Source: a virus
Lineage: Duplodnaviria > Caudoviricetes
Strand: one strand, 5' to 3'
Length of the DNA: 53,859 nt
Virus record (IMG/VR): IMGVR_UViG_3300020388_000023
Span: 1 to 53,859 of that record
The notes under the pieces were generated by a model, which was given only the letters and a program-made list of their open reading frames with translations, did no database searches and was not told the origin of the DNA. The position numbers and the translations under genes are program-made. This document shows, piece by piece, positions 17,574 to 27,698 of the stretch (position 1 is its first letter; every line of letters starts with the position of its first letter).

Positions 17574-19092
17574 TTGCTCCTGTTAAATTAAAAAATTGAG
17601 AATTTATAGATTTTTCTGGTAAGAAATTATGAATTGGGGTAAATTGAACATTTACATCTAACACATGAGGTAACATTAATATATTTTCATTATTTTTAAT
17701 TTGCCATGGGTAATCTTTTTGCCATGATAATGCTATTGTATTTAAAACACCTGGTACTCTATTACACCAATCGCCTACAGTTAATTTTATGAATGGTGTT
17801 CTCATTCTACCTACATCACTATATTCGGGGGCAGCATTAGAAACTAGATAATTTAATTTAGTGTATAGGGGGAGGATTTCTACTTTTGATTGAGCTGCTA
17901 TTTTAAAACTAAAATCTATATTACGTGTAAATCCATTGTAAGTGTAGAATGTTTCTCCTCTACCATTATAATTAAATGAATTATGATTTGCATTGTAATT
18001 GTCATTAAATCCATCTAAAAATGCTCTAAATATTACATAATCTGACTTTAAAGGATTATCTGTGTTAACTGCCTCAAATCTAAAAGGAATAAAATCATCA
18101 TTTTCATTATATGCTGATTGGTCTTTTTGGATTTCTTTTAAGTTAACAGCATCTGATTTTCCATTATAACTTACATGGTATTCAGATATACTTTTATGGA
18201 GTCTTTTAGTTCGATCTTTACCACCTATACCTCTAGGAGGTAATAATTTTGATAATTTATCTAAAGGATTTAATACTTGATCTTCTTCAGAAACTACACC
18301 TTCAGCTGAATCTCCCATTAAACCCGGGTCTGTTCTATTAGCTAATGCATCTAATTCTTCTAATTGACTGTCAGTAACTCCATCAGGAGATGAAGGGATT
18401 TGGAGTTGAGATTGTATAGATGTGTTTACATATTTATTAATGGTAGTTTGGCCTAAACCATATACTGAATCAGGTCCTCCATTATATTCAAATAATATAT
18501 TTTCTGAATCTATATTTATTATATGATCATTTAATAATCCTATTAATCTATTATTAGATGAATTTTCCTGAGTTAATTCTATATCATTAACATATCCTTC
18601 GAATTTTTCAGGATCAGATAGTGGTGTTATACCTTCTCTTTTAAAACGGATACCTGCAGCAGATCCTGCTATTGATGCTAAAGTATTTGCTCCTAAATTA
18701 TATAATCTTTGATCTGATTTAGAACCTTCTATATTAGAAACAAAATCTCCTATTCTATCAATAATATTATCACCTTCTTCTCCTACAGCTTTAGCTTTTG
18801 TTCTAATTATAGGATTTGATAATTGGAGACCTGTTTGTTTAGTTAAAAAACCTAAACCTTGGGATGTTAAAAAAAACTTAGTTATTCTTTTTACATCTTG
18901 AAGAGATCTTTCAGTAGCAGTAAGTATACCACCTCTAACTAAACCATCTGTAAGTGAATCAATAGAATTATCATAATTGATTGTTCTTTTTACAAAAGGT
19001 TGATTACTAAAGCCTTGGTTAGGTCTATCAAAAGCAGTACCTTTACCAAAATCTAAATTAGTTAAATCTGACTGAAGATCTCTTAATGCCAT
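17566..19092 (-). CDS. Putative baseplate tube-initiator protein (tube fold at the C-terminus)
   Basis: FRAFL..F.D, GRGE.FYTY.GF.R.I.F.FKIAA, P...LTVGD, W I, LP; lies between the tape measure and LysM genes. Confidence 0.6.
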   Translation of the reverse strand: MALRDLQSDLTNLDFGKGTAFDRPNQGFSNQPFVKRTINYDNSIDSLTDGLVRGGILTATERSLQDVKRITKFFLTSQGLGFLTKQTGLQLSNPIIRTKAKAVGEEGDNIIDRIGDFVSNIEGSKSDQRLYNLGANTLASIAGSAAGIRFKREGITPLSDPEKFEGYVNDIELTQENSSNNRLIGLLNDHIINIDSENILFEYNGGPDSVYGLGQTTINKYVNTSIQSQLQIPSSPDGVTDSQLEELDALANRTDPGLMGDSAEGVVSEEDQVLNPLDKLSKLLPPRGIGGKDRTKRLHKSISEYHVSYNGKSDAVNLKEIQKDQSAYNENDDFIPFRFEAVNTDNPLKSDYVIFRAFLDGFNDNYNANHNSFNYNGRGETFYTYNGFTRNIDFSFKIAAQSKVEILPLYTKLNYLVSNAAPEYSDVGRMRTPFIKLTVGDWCNRVPGVLNTIALSWQKDYPWQIKNNENILMLPHVLDVNVQFTPIHNFLPEKSINSQFFNLTGANA

Positions 19093-19469
19093 TATTTAGG
19101 TAGATTATCTATATATTGTGAAAGAATATCATTTCCTGCTGGATTACCGGGAATGTCTAAATTTGATGAAAATAATGAGGGCCAAGTACCACCTGGTTGT
19201 CCTGCTCCATATTTTGCTTGTGGGTTTGTTTGACTTGTGTAAACACTTTCTAAGTTTCTTTCATGAATTGTGTCTATCTGATTAGGTTGAACTGATGGTT
19301 CAGGTCCTAAAGCAAACATACTAGGAGTTATGTTATTAAAATGTCCTACCATTTCATCTTGTTGTACTCCATCTGGACTTAAAACTTGAGAAGTTAATGA
19401 ATCTTGTATTTCAGGTTTTGCAAATTGACCTACTAAATCTAAGTTACTTTTTCTATTTAATAATGACAT
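19092..19469 (-). CDS. Hypothetical protein (baseplate region)
   Basis: 125-aa ORF preceded by ATATTTAT at 19487-19494. Confidence 0.65.
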   Translation of the reverse strand: MSLLNRKSNLDLVGQFAKPEIQDSLTSQVLSPDGVQQDEMVGHFNNITPSMFALGPEPSVQPNQIDTIHERNLESVYTSQTNPQAKYGAGQPGGTWPSLFSSNLDIPGNPAGNDILSQYIDNLPK

Positions 19470-19498
19470 AATATTGTGTTTTAGTTATAAATATAAAG

Positions 19499-21427
19499 TT
19501 AAGCGAACCTCGTTTGATGTCTTGCATCACTTTGATAAGAACCATGATTAGCTGATTGGTTTTTAGAACTAAATGAATCATATACTGTTGAAGTACTAAT
19601 TTGAACTTGAGACATTGCGCTAGCCATTTTATTATAATCGAATTTTTCTCTTTCTCCTCCCCCCAAAAGATTTGTTCCCGCTATAACACTATCATTGTTA
19701 TTTAGAGCTATTGTTCCTTTATTTTTAGTTACAAGCATATTATTACCATATGCCATATCATCTGCAGTAGCAAATTTATTTATAGCTCCTACCATAGTTA
19801 ATACACCTGCTAAGGATGCTGCTATTCCTAGGGGACCAAATTTAGCATTTGACTGAAATATTGCTCCAATAGAAGTCATTAGTTGAAGACCTTTTAAAGT
19901 TTTATATAAGGGAATTATAGAAGCAAGAGCACCACCTACTAATAATATTTTCCCCACTACATGACCCATACCTTCAGCCATAAGACCAATAACGTCTACT
20001 ATAGGTGAAAAAATAGTAGCTATATCTATAAGTAATCCTTTTGCTTGTTCTAAAACTTTTGCAAATTTTTCTTGTGTGTCTAATGCTTTTAATTGTTGGA
20101 CAGATTGATCATTTCCACTAGCAATTGCATCTTGTAATAATTGAGCTCGATTTTCTTCTGTTATTAATGAATTAGCTAGTTCATCAGCTGTCATACCAAC
20201 AGCAGAAGCTATAGCTTGTTGTTGAAGAACATTCATAGAAGTAAAATCATTAAAATCTCCTACATTTGCTGATATTTCTGATGTAAGAGTTTCTAAATCT
20301 CCTGTTAAAGCTGCTAGTCTAGCTCTTTCTAAGTTTAATTGTTTTCCTGTAAGTAATTCTGCTTGTAATTCATTTTCAATTGATGATTCAAAATTTAATA
20401 AAGCTTCTCCTGATGCTGCAATTTGTTCTAATTCAAATCCTAATGCTTTTGCTTGTGTTACTGCTCTTGCTATTGCTTCAGGATTGGCACCTAATTGGGC
20501 TCTAATTTGACCCGACACTTGGTTAGAAGCTTCTAAAACAGTTTGTAAACTTATTTGAGCTCCTGTTTGAGAATTTATGGCATTTACTGCGTTTTCTTGG
20601 GTTTTAAGAGACTCATCAAATGTTTGGCCTAAACGAGCGGCATCCCCTGCTAATTGGGATACAGCTTCTCCTGACATTAATTGAGCATCTAATGCAGAAG
20701 CTGCCCCTACTGCTATTTCATTACTAAATAGAGCTGCTGTTTGAAAACTTTTATTTAATTCTGTTTGAGCACCTATTAATGTTTCTGTAGTTACCCTTAA
20801 ATCATTAGCTGAAAATGCAGCTGCAGATAATTGAAATCTTAATCCTGTAGCTTTTAGGGTACTAATTCCTAATTGTTTTTGTAATTCAGTAACTGATTTA
20901 TTAGCATCTAATATAGCTTTACCTACTGCAACTAATGCAAGGCGTGCTAGCCTAGTAGCTGTGTATTGTTCTTTTAGTTTTTCAAGACCTTCATTTAAGA
21001 AATCTCTTTCTTTTTGAGCTGCTATATTTTTTTCTTTTATAACATTAAGGTTTTTTATATTTTTATCTACAGCATCTACAAGTAAAGCTAAAGATTCTTC
21101 ATCTAATATAACACCCTGTTTTCTTAGTAAATCCGCATTTCTTAAAAGGGTGTTTTTTCTAGCTTCATTTTTAATAATTTCTTTACTAATATCTTTACTT
21201 GCATTTGTTTTTTGGTTAATTTTAGCTAAAATGCCATCTTGTTTAGTAAAATCATTTACAATTTTACTAGTAGATTTAGAAATATCTTTTGCAAATCTAT
21301 CTGCAACTCTTCGTGAAGATTCATCTAAATCATCTAAATTAAGTTGATTTGTAAACTTTGATGATAAACTTTCTATTTCATCATTTAAAGCTTTTATTTC
21401 TTCTTTTGTTTGTTCAAGATCTGCCAT
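19499..21427 (-). CDS. Tape measure protein
   Basis: Long helical, A/L-rich protein (LLNFESSIENELQAELLTGKQLNLERAR) with a hydrophobic Gly/Ala segment; directly downstream of the tube and chaperone genes. Confidence 0.8.
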   Translation of the reverse strand: MADLEQTKEEIKALNDEIESLSSKFTNQLNLDDLDESSRRVADRFAKDISKSTSKIVNDFTKQDGILAKINQKTNASKDISKEIIKNEARKNTLLRNADLLRKQGVILDEESLALLVDAVDKNIKNLNVIKEKNIAAQKERDFLNEGLEKLKEQYTATRLARLALVAVGKAILDANKSVTELQKQLGISTLKATGLRFQLSAAAFSANDLRVTTETLIGAQTELNKSFQTAALFSNEIAVGAASALDAQLMSGEAVSQLAGDAARLGQTFDESLKTQENAVNAINSQTGAQISLQTVLEASNQVSGQIRAQLGANPEAIARAVTQAKALGFELEQIAASGEALLNFESSIENELQAELLTGKQLNLERARLAALTGDLETLTSEISANVGDFNDFTSMNVLQQQAIASAVGMTADELANSLITEENRAQLLQDAIASGNDQSVQQLKALDTQEKFAKVLEQAKGLLIDIATIFSPIVDVIGLMAEGMGHVVGKILLVGGALASIIPLYKTLKGLQLMTSIGAIFQSNAKFGPLGIAASLAGVLTMVGAINKFATADDMAYGNNMLVTKNKGTIALNNNDSVIAGTNLLGGGEREKFDYNKMASAMSQVQISTSTVYDSFSSKNQSANHGSYQSDARHQTRFA

Positions 21428-21464
21428 TACTAAAGTTTATTATATCATATATAAATATAAAAAA

Positions 21465-21488
21465 ATAAAAGGTGCTTACGCACCTTTA
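21465..21488 (-). terminator. Intrinsic terminator after the tail chaperone pair
   Basis: Minus strand AAGGTGC-GTAA-GCACCTT followed by TTATTTTTTT. Confidence 0.75.
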
Positions 21489-21755
21489 TTAAAAATTATA
21501 TGTAGAAGAAGGATTTATATTAGGTCGAGATGGTTTACCATCACCTATATTAGACTTACCTTTTTGTTTATCTATTATTTCTTGCTGTTTTTTATTATAT
21601 TCATTAATTTTTTGGATATGATATCTTCTCATCCAAATAGGCATATTATATACTTCTGAGTGTATAAATCCACCACCACCATGGTACACTAAATCATGTA
21701 TTTGAGTAAATAATAAGCCTCTATACTCAGGCGTCAGGCCAAAAAAAGTTAACAC
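21489..21755 (-). CDS. Tail assembly chaperone C-terminal extension (gpT/gp51-like), probably expressed by frameshift
   Basis: HSEVYNMPIWMRRYH resembles gp51-like chaperones; only a GTG start, inside the upstream gene; +1 frame across a T7 run. Confidence 0.65.
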   Translation of the reverse strand: MLTFFGLTPEYRGLLFTQIHDLVYHGGGGFIHSEVYNMPIWMRRYHIQKINEYNKKQQEIIDKQKGKSNIGDGKPSRPNINPSSTYNF

Positions 21756-22461
21756 CGATAGGAATAGGAATATTAATTATATCTCCATTATCGTTTTCAT
21801 AGTCGTAAGATAAATCTACGTCTGGTTGTACTTTATTTATATACTTTCTTAAAGCTCTTGAATCTCTTGCAAGTAATTGGGTATCTACAAATTCACGAAC
21901 AACTTTTTTTTCATAATTACCATTTATTGAAGTAATTAGATGTTTTATTCTTGTAGATAAATCTGTTGATAATTGTTTATTGATCTTTTTTAGTCCTTTA
22001 ATTTCATTGTCAATATTAACTTCATCTCCATGAGTTAAAAGTTTAAATGTAATATTTACTTTAGAAGCAGGTAATGTAAATGAAAATTCATTTTTATTTT
22101 CAGTAATTAATGATTCATCTAATGGTTTATCTTTAACTTTTGTAAGATCTATTTCTACTGTTTCATTATTATACTGAAATTCATATTCACTACCATACCC
22201 TAAAATACGGGCAGCAATTAAAATTGCATTTTTATCACCTGTAAGTAAATCGTTGTAATTTATAGGTGTAATAATTAATGCTTGGAGTAGTTTATCTATT
22301 ACTGTGCCATTTTTAATTAAATTTTGGTTCGTCAAGATGTCTTCTTCACGAGCAGTCATATATTTCATTTCGATTTCGCCTTTTTTTAAAAGACTCCCTT
22401 CTGGATATAATAAACCTTTAGAGGGTAAGGTAACCATTTCGGTTGGGAATTGTTGTTCCAT
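21727..22461 (-). CDS. Tail/baseplate assembly chaperone (T4 gp26-like / gpG-like)
   Basis: VTLPSKG..Y, MTAREEDIL, DKNAILIAARILGYG, LP.S...ITFKLLT, C-terminal FFWP. Confidence 0.75.
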   Translation of the reverse strand: MEQQFPTEMVTLPSKGLLYPEGSLLKKGEIEMKYMTAREEDILTNQNLIKNGTVIDKLLQALIITPINYNDLLTGDKNAILIAARILGYGSEYEFQYNNETVEIDLTKVKDKPLDESLITENKNEFSFTLPASKVNITFKLLTHGDEVNIDNEIKGLKKINKQLSTDLSTRIKHLITSINGNYEKKVVREFVDTQLLARDSRALRKYINKVQPDVDLSYDYENDNGDIINIPIPIGVNFFWPDA

Positions 22462-22500
22462 AACGTTATTAAATTAAAACTAGTTCAGATATACATATAT

Positions 22501-22533
22501 AAAAAAAAGAAAGGACGTCATAAAATGACGTCC
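22501..22533 (-). terminator. Intrinsic terminator after the tail tube gene
   Basis: GGACGTCA-N5-TGACGTCC stem followed on the minus strand by TTTCTTTTTTTT. Confidence 0.75.
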
Positions 22534-22564
22534 AGCCTCGCAACTTCGGGAGAGAAGTATATTT

Positions 22565-23050
22565 TTAGTAATTTAGGATGGCATAATCCATTACTATTGT
22601 TAAACTAATGTTTGCGGGTGTATCTGATGTCCAATCCATGTCACCAAAGTTAGCATTTTGTACGTAAGCACCTTTTAAAATCCATTCTTCAACAATATCA
22701 CCTACTGGCCCTAATGCGTTGATTCTAACATCTTTTTTATAGAAATCAGAATAACCATCTCTACCTGTAACTGACTCATGTGACAAACGAACCCATTCCA
22801 TTACTGCTTGTGCACCTGAAGGTGTTACTGGATCATAAAGATCACATGTAATGTTTTCCCAATTTGCTTTACCTTTGATTTTTCTTTTCACGTTGATGTG
22901 ATCAAGAACTACTTCCCCAAATGAAATACTTGGGCGAGCTACTTTTTTAATTAAGTAAGCTGGGATTCCGTCAATGTACATTATAAACCTATTTTGTAAT
23001 TTAGGTTCAAATGCTGTGAACATGATTTCGTTTGTATCTAATATTGCCAT
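22565..23050 (-). CDS. Tail tube protein (T4 gp19-like)
   Basis: FEPK..NRF, RP, GK..W..IT..LYDP, W, YKKD, W.L.GA; downstream of the sheath gene. Confidence 0.88.
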   Translation of the reverse strand: MAILDTNEIMFTAFEPKLQNRFIMYIDGIPAYLIKKVARPSISFGEVVLDHINVKRKIKGKANWENITCDLYDPVTPSGAQAVMEWVRLSHESVTGRDGYSDFYKKDVRINALGPVGDIVEEWILKGAYVQNANFGDMDWTSDTPANISLTIVMDYAILNY

Positions 23051-23095
23051 CGTTTGTTGTTTTTATTCTATTATAAATATATAATCTTTAAGTTC

Positions 23096-25963
23096 TTATT
23101 CGAAAGTTGCTCCAGTAGGTAACACATTAAAATCAAGAACTATAAATTCAGCTGTTTTAGTTGGTTGTAAGAAAATAGCGCCTACTAATTGATTTCTATC
23201 TACTACATCTGCTGTGTTATTATTTTCATCCATTTGTACTCTAAATGAGAATAGTCCTTGTTTTTGTTGTACACCTTCTAAGTATGGGTTAACTATATTT
23301 AAGAATCTATTACGTGTTGCATTTGTGTTTTGTTCAAATACTAAGTATCTTGAAGAACTTGCAATAAATTTCTTAAGTGCAATTAATAATCTACGAACAT
23401 TAATTCTGTCTAATGCTGATGATCTTTCTTGAAGTGTCTTTTGACCCCAAATACAAACTCCAGTTTGTGGGAATGTTGCAATTGGGTTAATTTTAGCATT
23501 GTATAGAAGATCTCTTTCAGCTTGATTTAATCTCATTTTAGCTTCAATTACGTTTCCTAACACACCTCTATTTAAACCTGCAGGTGCAAACCATTCAGCT
23601 GCAATTGCATCTGAAGCAGCAATTGCTCCTGGAACTATTACTGATGGCGGTACTAATACTGGCTTATTTGCGGCAGTATCAAGTACTTTAACCCATGGAT
23701 AATACACAGCAGCGTAGTTTGTATCTAAACCACTTGCATCGTTTATAGCTGCGTTTACTGAACTATTATATTGGGTTAAATCCATTACAAAGAATGCATC
23801 TCCTCTTTCTTCACACATATCAATACCCGCATTTGTTACTAATGGATGTAAAGATTTAATTACACCTGGTAATGCCAACATATTAATATCGTATTCATCT
23901 TGATTTGATAGAATGTCAATTGCTTTTTTATACCCTTTATATCCAGCAGCTGATGTTGTTTTTAAATCAAATCCATATAAATTAGTACCACCTGTATATG
24001 TAGCAGCTAATGAGCTTTCGTTTCCTACAAATATTGGTTGATGAGGTGCAACACCATCATCTCCACCTTGGAAGCAAACTGTAAATTTAAGTTGTTCTGC
24101 TGTTGGTCCATTTGCTCCTGTTGGATCAATTGATGCACTTAATGATCCTACCCATAATCCTGAATTTGTATGTCCCGAATAATTTTCAACGTTAAAGTCT
24201 CCTGATACATTGGCTTCTTCAGATGGGGTGGAATATAATGGTTTTAAGAAGTTTTTGTTGTCTGCTCTTTTATCATCAAATTTCCATCCTAAAAATCCTC
24301 TACTACTATAATTCCCACCCACATTTTGGGCACCTTCATATGATGCTGATGGGAATGAAACTCCTGTAAATATTGTAGATGGTATTGGATTAGACACTGC
24401 TTTAAATCCTTTAGGAGATAATTTAGGTGAAAGTGCTTTATTTGTTACTGCATCTGATACTGACACTCTAATATAATTTGAAACATTTGGATAATCTCCT
24501 AAAATTTCTAATTTACCTAATGTATCATTATAATCTGGATATCTATCACCTATTACTCTTGAAATAAATTGTGGTGAGTCTGGATCTAAATTACAGTTAT
24601 TATATTGTTCTAAAATTGTTGGCGACTTATCTTTATCTCCATAAGCTCTTACTAATACTGAGAATGTTGAATATTGTTCTTCACCATCTATATCATTTGG
24701 TTCTCTTAAATTAGCAATTGAAATTTTGTAATCTGTGTTACATGCTGTTCCATGTCCTATAGAATGGAATCTAAATAATTCTTTATTACTTGCTTTATCT
24801 GATTTAATAAATGGTGTTGAAGCATATGAATATCCTTCTGTTTTACCTAATCCAGTATATGCTAAATCAGCTGATTGAGTAACTATTATAAATTCTCTGT
24901 CTGAATGAACACCTGAATATCCTGATACGTCAGCTCCTTCTGTAGAAACAGCAACTGAAGCTGTTGTTGAAGTAGTAAATTGGTTAATTACATTTACTGT
25001 ATTACCTGCTTCTGCGGCTGTTACTGTTACTACATTTCCGTCTACTGTTGATGAAAACGCACTAATATTATTAATAGCTGTATGCATTGCTGTTGCTAAA
25101 ACAGATCCTGAAATTTCTCCATCTGTGTCTACAGATGTTATGTCTGCTTGAACTAATGATCCTGATAAGCCTGTATTTGCAGCTACAGCATCATGGTCAC
25201 TTACGAATACTACTGTATATTGATTTTCATCTGAATCTTCTAATACTACTGCTCTTCCTTGAGCTGCCGTACTTTCAATACTAGCTGTTTGGAAGTTACT
25301 GTCAGCAAATGTAATTGTTGACACTTCTTTTGTTGCAGCTGCTACTATATCTTTTTGTAGATCTTTAAAATTTAAATAACCATATCCTCCTACATCATTA
25401 AATGTAACAGCACTGTCTTTACTATTATTAGGATCAGTACCTATTTGTTTAAATAAATAATTACTGTTAGCTGGGTTAGAGGATGCTGCGAATGTTTTAG
25501 AAGTTACACCTGTACCATTTAAAACTAAACTAAAGTCAGAACCAAAACTAGAATCGTCATTACCACTAATAGAAGATAATTCTAATTTAGGTGTAGATAA
25601 ATTTTTAGAAGGAGCAATTACACCTACTAATACATTACCATCAGAACCCGACACTGCTAAACCTACTAATGATTTATTAGCTGCTTCAAATGTATAACCA
25701 CCACCTGCTAACACTCTTGTTACGGTAACTGATCCGGCATTACGTAAATATTCACGAACTGTTTGGGGTACAAAAGTTTCTGAACTAAAGCTACCAAACA
25801 TTCTTTCATATTCTGCAAAGCTTTTTACTACTGTTGGTACAAATGCAGGTCCTTTTACTGTAGGTCCGACAATTGCTGCGCCTATTGCGCCTACTCCCTG
25901 AGGGAGAAATGATTGGTCGTTTTCTCTTGTAAAAACACCTGGTGAAATTATTTGTTCTGCCAT
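23096..25963 (-). CDS. Contractile tail sheath protein (T4 gp18-like)
   Basis: SPGVFTREND, GPTVKGP, YYPWV, WFAPAGLNRG, INPI, WGQKTL, RINVRRLL, PTKTAEFI. Confidence 0.96.
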   Translation of the reverse strand: MAEQIISPGVFTRENDQSFLPQGVGAIGAAIVGPTVKGPAFVPTVVKSFAEYERMFGSFSSETFVPQTVREYLRNAGSVTVTRVLAGGGYTFEAANKSLVGLAVSGSDGNVLVGVIAPSKNLSTPKLELSSISGNDDSSFGSDFSLVLNGTGVTSKTFAASSNPANSNYLFKQIGTDPNNSKDSAVTFNDVGGYGYLNFKDLQKDIVAAATKEVSTITFADSNFQTASIESTAAQGRAVVLEDSDENQYTVVFVSDHDAVAANTGLSGSLVQADITSVDTDGEISGSVLATAMHTAINNISAFSSTVDGNVVTVTAAEAGNTVNVINQFTTSTTASVAVSTEGADVSGYSGVHSDREFIIVTQSADLAYTGLGKTEGYSYASTPFIKSDKASNKELFRFHSIGHGTACNTDYKISIANLREPNDIDGEEQYSTFSVLVRAYGDKDKSPTILEQYNNCNLDPDSPQFISRVIGDRYPDYNDTLGKLEILGDYPNVSNYIRVSVSDAVTNKALSPKLSPKGFKAVSNPIPSTIFTGVSFPSASYEGAQNVGGNYSSRGFLGWKFDDKRADNKNFLKPLYSTPSEEANVSGDFNVENYSGHTNSGLWVGSLSASIDPTGANGPTAEQLKFTVCFQGGDDGVAPHQPIFVGNESSLAATYTGGTNLYGFDLKTTSAAGYKGYKKAIDILSNQDEYDINMLALPGVIKSLHPLVTNAGIDMCEERGDAFFVMDLTQYNSSVNAAINDASGLDTNYAAVYYPWVKVLDTAANKPVLVPPSVIVPGAIAASDAIAAEWFAPAGLNRGVLGNVIEAKMRLNQAERDLLYNAKINPIATFPQTGVCIWGQKTLQERSSALDRINVRRLLIALKKFIASSSRYLVFEQNTNATRNRFLNIVNPYLEGVQQKQGLFSFRVQMDENNNTADVVDRNQLVGAIFLQPTKTAEFIVLDFNVLPTGATFE

Positions 25964-26015
25964 TTTAACTTGATTTATTTAATGATTCTATGATGTTGTC
26001 ATTGATTATTCTGAT

Positions 26016-26041
26016 ATAAATATAAGAAAATATCGTAAACC
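26016..26041 (-). promoter_or_regulatory. Phage late-type promoter upstream of the sheath gene
   Basis: Minus strand GGTTT-N12-TATATTTAT, immediately downstream of a terminator-like hairpin. Confidence 0.6.
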
Positions 26042-26053
26042 TAAACCAAAATG

Positions 26054-26077
26054 GGCGATTAGAGTAATCTAATCGCC
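26054..26077 (-). terminator. Perfect 10-bp hairpin, probable terminator
   Basis: GGCGATTAGA-GTAA-TCTAATCGCC in an intergenic region; short T run downstream on the minus strand. Confidence 0.6.
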
Positions 26078-26105
26078 AATAATGGTAAAATGTAAAAAAT
26101 GTAAA

Positions 26106-26384
26106 TTATTCTTCGATTGGTGTGAATTCACCTGATTCAATATCAATGGTTCCTTTCCCATATTTATCAGTAAGTTCTTTAGCTATATTACGCTCTGATT
26201 CTACTAAATTATTTTGAATTGTAATTATTTCTTTTTCAGATTCTTTTATTTTTAGTTTTGATAAATATAATTGACCTGCTCTAAAAGTTAATTGTTGAGA
26301 CTGATTTTGAATTTCTTTTAAAGCTTCCATCTCAGGTTCTGTGAATTTTTGGGTTGTTGGGGGTAGTGTAGTTTTTAATGACAT
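26106..26384 (-). CDS. Hypothetical coiled-coil protein (possible fibre chaperone)
   Basis: 92 aa ending KYGKGTIDIESGEF; preceded by ATATGTAT at 26422-26429. Confidence 0.65.
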   Translation of the reverse strand: MSLKTTLPPTTQKFTEPEMEALKEIQNQSQQLTFRAGQLYLSKLKIKESEKEIITIQNNLVESERNIAKELTDKYGKGTIDIESGEFTPIEE

Positions 26385-26436
26385 AACTTTGATTGATTTA
26401 ATTATTATTTATTATTCTTATATACATATATAGAAA

Positions 26437-27012
26437 TTAGAAAGACCCACCATCAATGTCAGTAGTTATTATACTACTTCCACTTATTGTTCCTGCGACT
26501 GTTAGATTTCCATTATTGTCTACTTTTAATAATTCTACTCCAGGAGAAACATTTGCAAGGCCTGTGTCTTTAAATATACGAAATTCCGAATTATCATGTG
26601 AATTTGCATTGTCCATCAATATATCAAATCCACCATTTGTTTTAATGTATGGTGAATTTGGTAATGGATTTAAACCAAAATCACTGGGAATACCTCCATG
26701 TATTGATATACCCGATCCTATTGTTGGGTTAGAAGTTTCAAGACTATAAAAACCATCTTTAGATATTTTAAAACCTTTAATTGTTTCATCTAGACCTGTT
26801 CCTTCTGATGTTTCAACTTTTTCAGTAGCATCATCTAATAATTGTAAAACTGCATCTGTAGTTAATCCTGTTACTTTATTTCTCCCTATAATTGTAAAAA
26901 GTTGATTTTTAGATTTAAGAAATAAATCACCAGTAGTAGTATTTAGTACTAAATCATTAGGGCCAAATTCATTTACTCGAGGATCTCTATTTTTAGTAAT
27001 TATTCTACTCAT
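26437..27012 (-). CDS. Hypothetical virion/fibre-associated protein
   Basis: 191 aa; DLVLNTTTGDLFLK N-terminal motif, C-terminal IDGGSF. Confidence 0.6.
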   Translation of the reverse strand: MSRIITKNRDPRVNEFGPNDLVLNTTTGDLFLKSKNQLFTIIGRNKVTGLTTDAVLQLLDDATEKVETSEGTGLDETIKGFKISKDGFYSLETSNPTIGSGISIHGGIPSDFGLNPLPNSPYIKTNGGFDILMDNANSHDNSEFRIFKDTGLANVSPGVELLKVDNNGNLTVAGTISGSSIITTDIDGGSF

Positions 27013-27698
27013 TATGTACCACTTATTTTGCCTACACCGGCTGTTGCTAATGAATTGACTTTTGATATATTTGCTGCTGCTAAACCGCAGACATCATGAC
27101 TATAACCTACTAGACCATTCCATACCAAATCAGGTCTTAATGAAGTTGTGGAATTATTTTGGTTTTTCCAATAAGCAGATTTGTTTGTGTTTGAAGGTGC
27201 AGAGTTTTGGAAGTCATGGTCATGTTCCATTATACAAATAATAAAAGCATCATTATTTTTTATATCTGCTAAGGCTGTTGCATTTAAGGATATATTGTTA
27301 AAAGTATTAGAAGCAAATGATGTAAATTCCGAAGAATAAGGAGTAGAATCATCAAAACTATCCATATCTCCTGCAGCAAGAGAGGTTCCGCCGTCACCAC
27401 CAAAAGCAGTACTTTTAACTACAATTATATCTGCAGATGGAGTGGTTGTATGTCCATATAACTTTAAAGTAGCATCAGCTAAAGTAACATTAATCCCACT
27501 AGTATCAAAATACATAAAAGTTCTAGTTACTCTAAAATCACTAGAACCTCTTCCTGCAGTATGGAAGGCTATGACAACGTCTGCATTTGCAGAATTTGAT
27601 GTTACAGTACCTGTTGTAGCACCTCTTGCATTAGCCCAACTGGATTGACCTAGTGGTGAAGAGATATATCCATCTTCCGAAACTTGTAAATCTGCCAT
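27012..27698 (-). CDS. Hypothetical virion protein with a DNRLRE/carbohydrate-binding-like beta-sandwich
   Basis: DG.I...W...RTFMYFDTSGI....ATLKLY...RPDL pattern. Confidence 0.5.
   Translation of the reverse strand: MADLQVSEDGYISSPLGQSSWANARGATTGTVTSNSANADVVIAFHTAGRGSSDFRVTRTFMYFDTSGINVTLADATLKLYGHTTTPSADIIVVKSTAFGGDGGTSLAAGDMDSFDDSTPYSSEFTSFASNTFNNISLNATALADIKNNDAFIICIMEHDHDFQNSAPSNTNKSAYWKNQNNSTTSLRPDLVWNGLVGYSHDVCGLAAANISKVNSLATAGVGKISGT

Noticed and set aside
22534-22562. Small GC-richer hairpin (acttc-gggaga-gaagt) after the tube gene as a possible ncRNA or tRNA fragment
   Set aside because: Only a 5-bp stem, no cloverleaf; too little evidence
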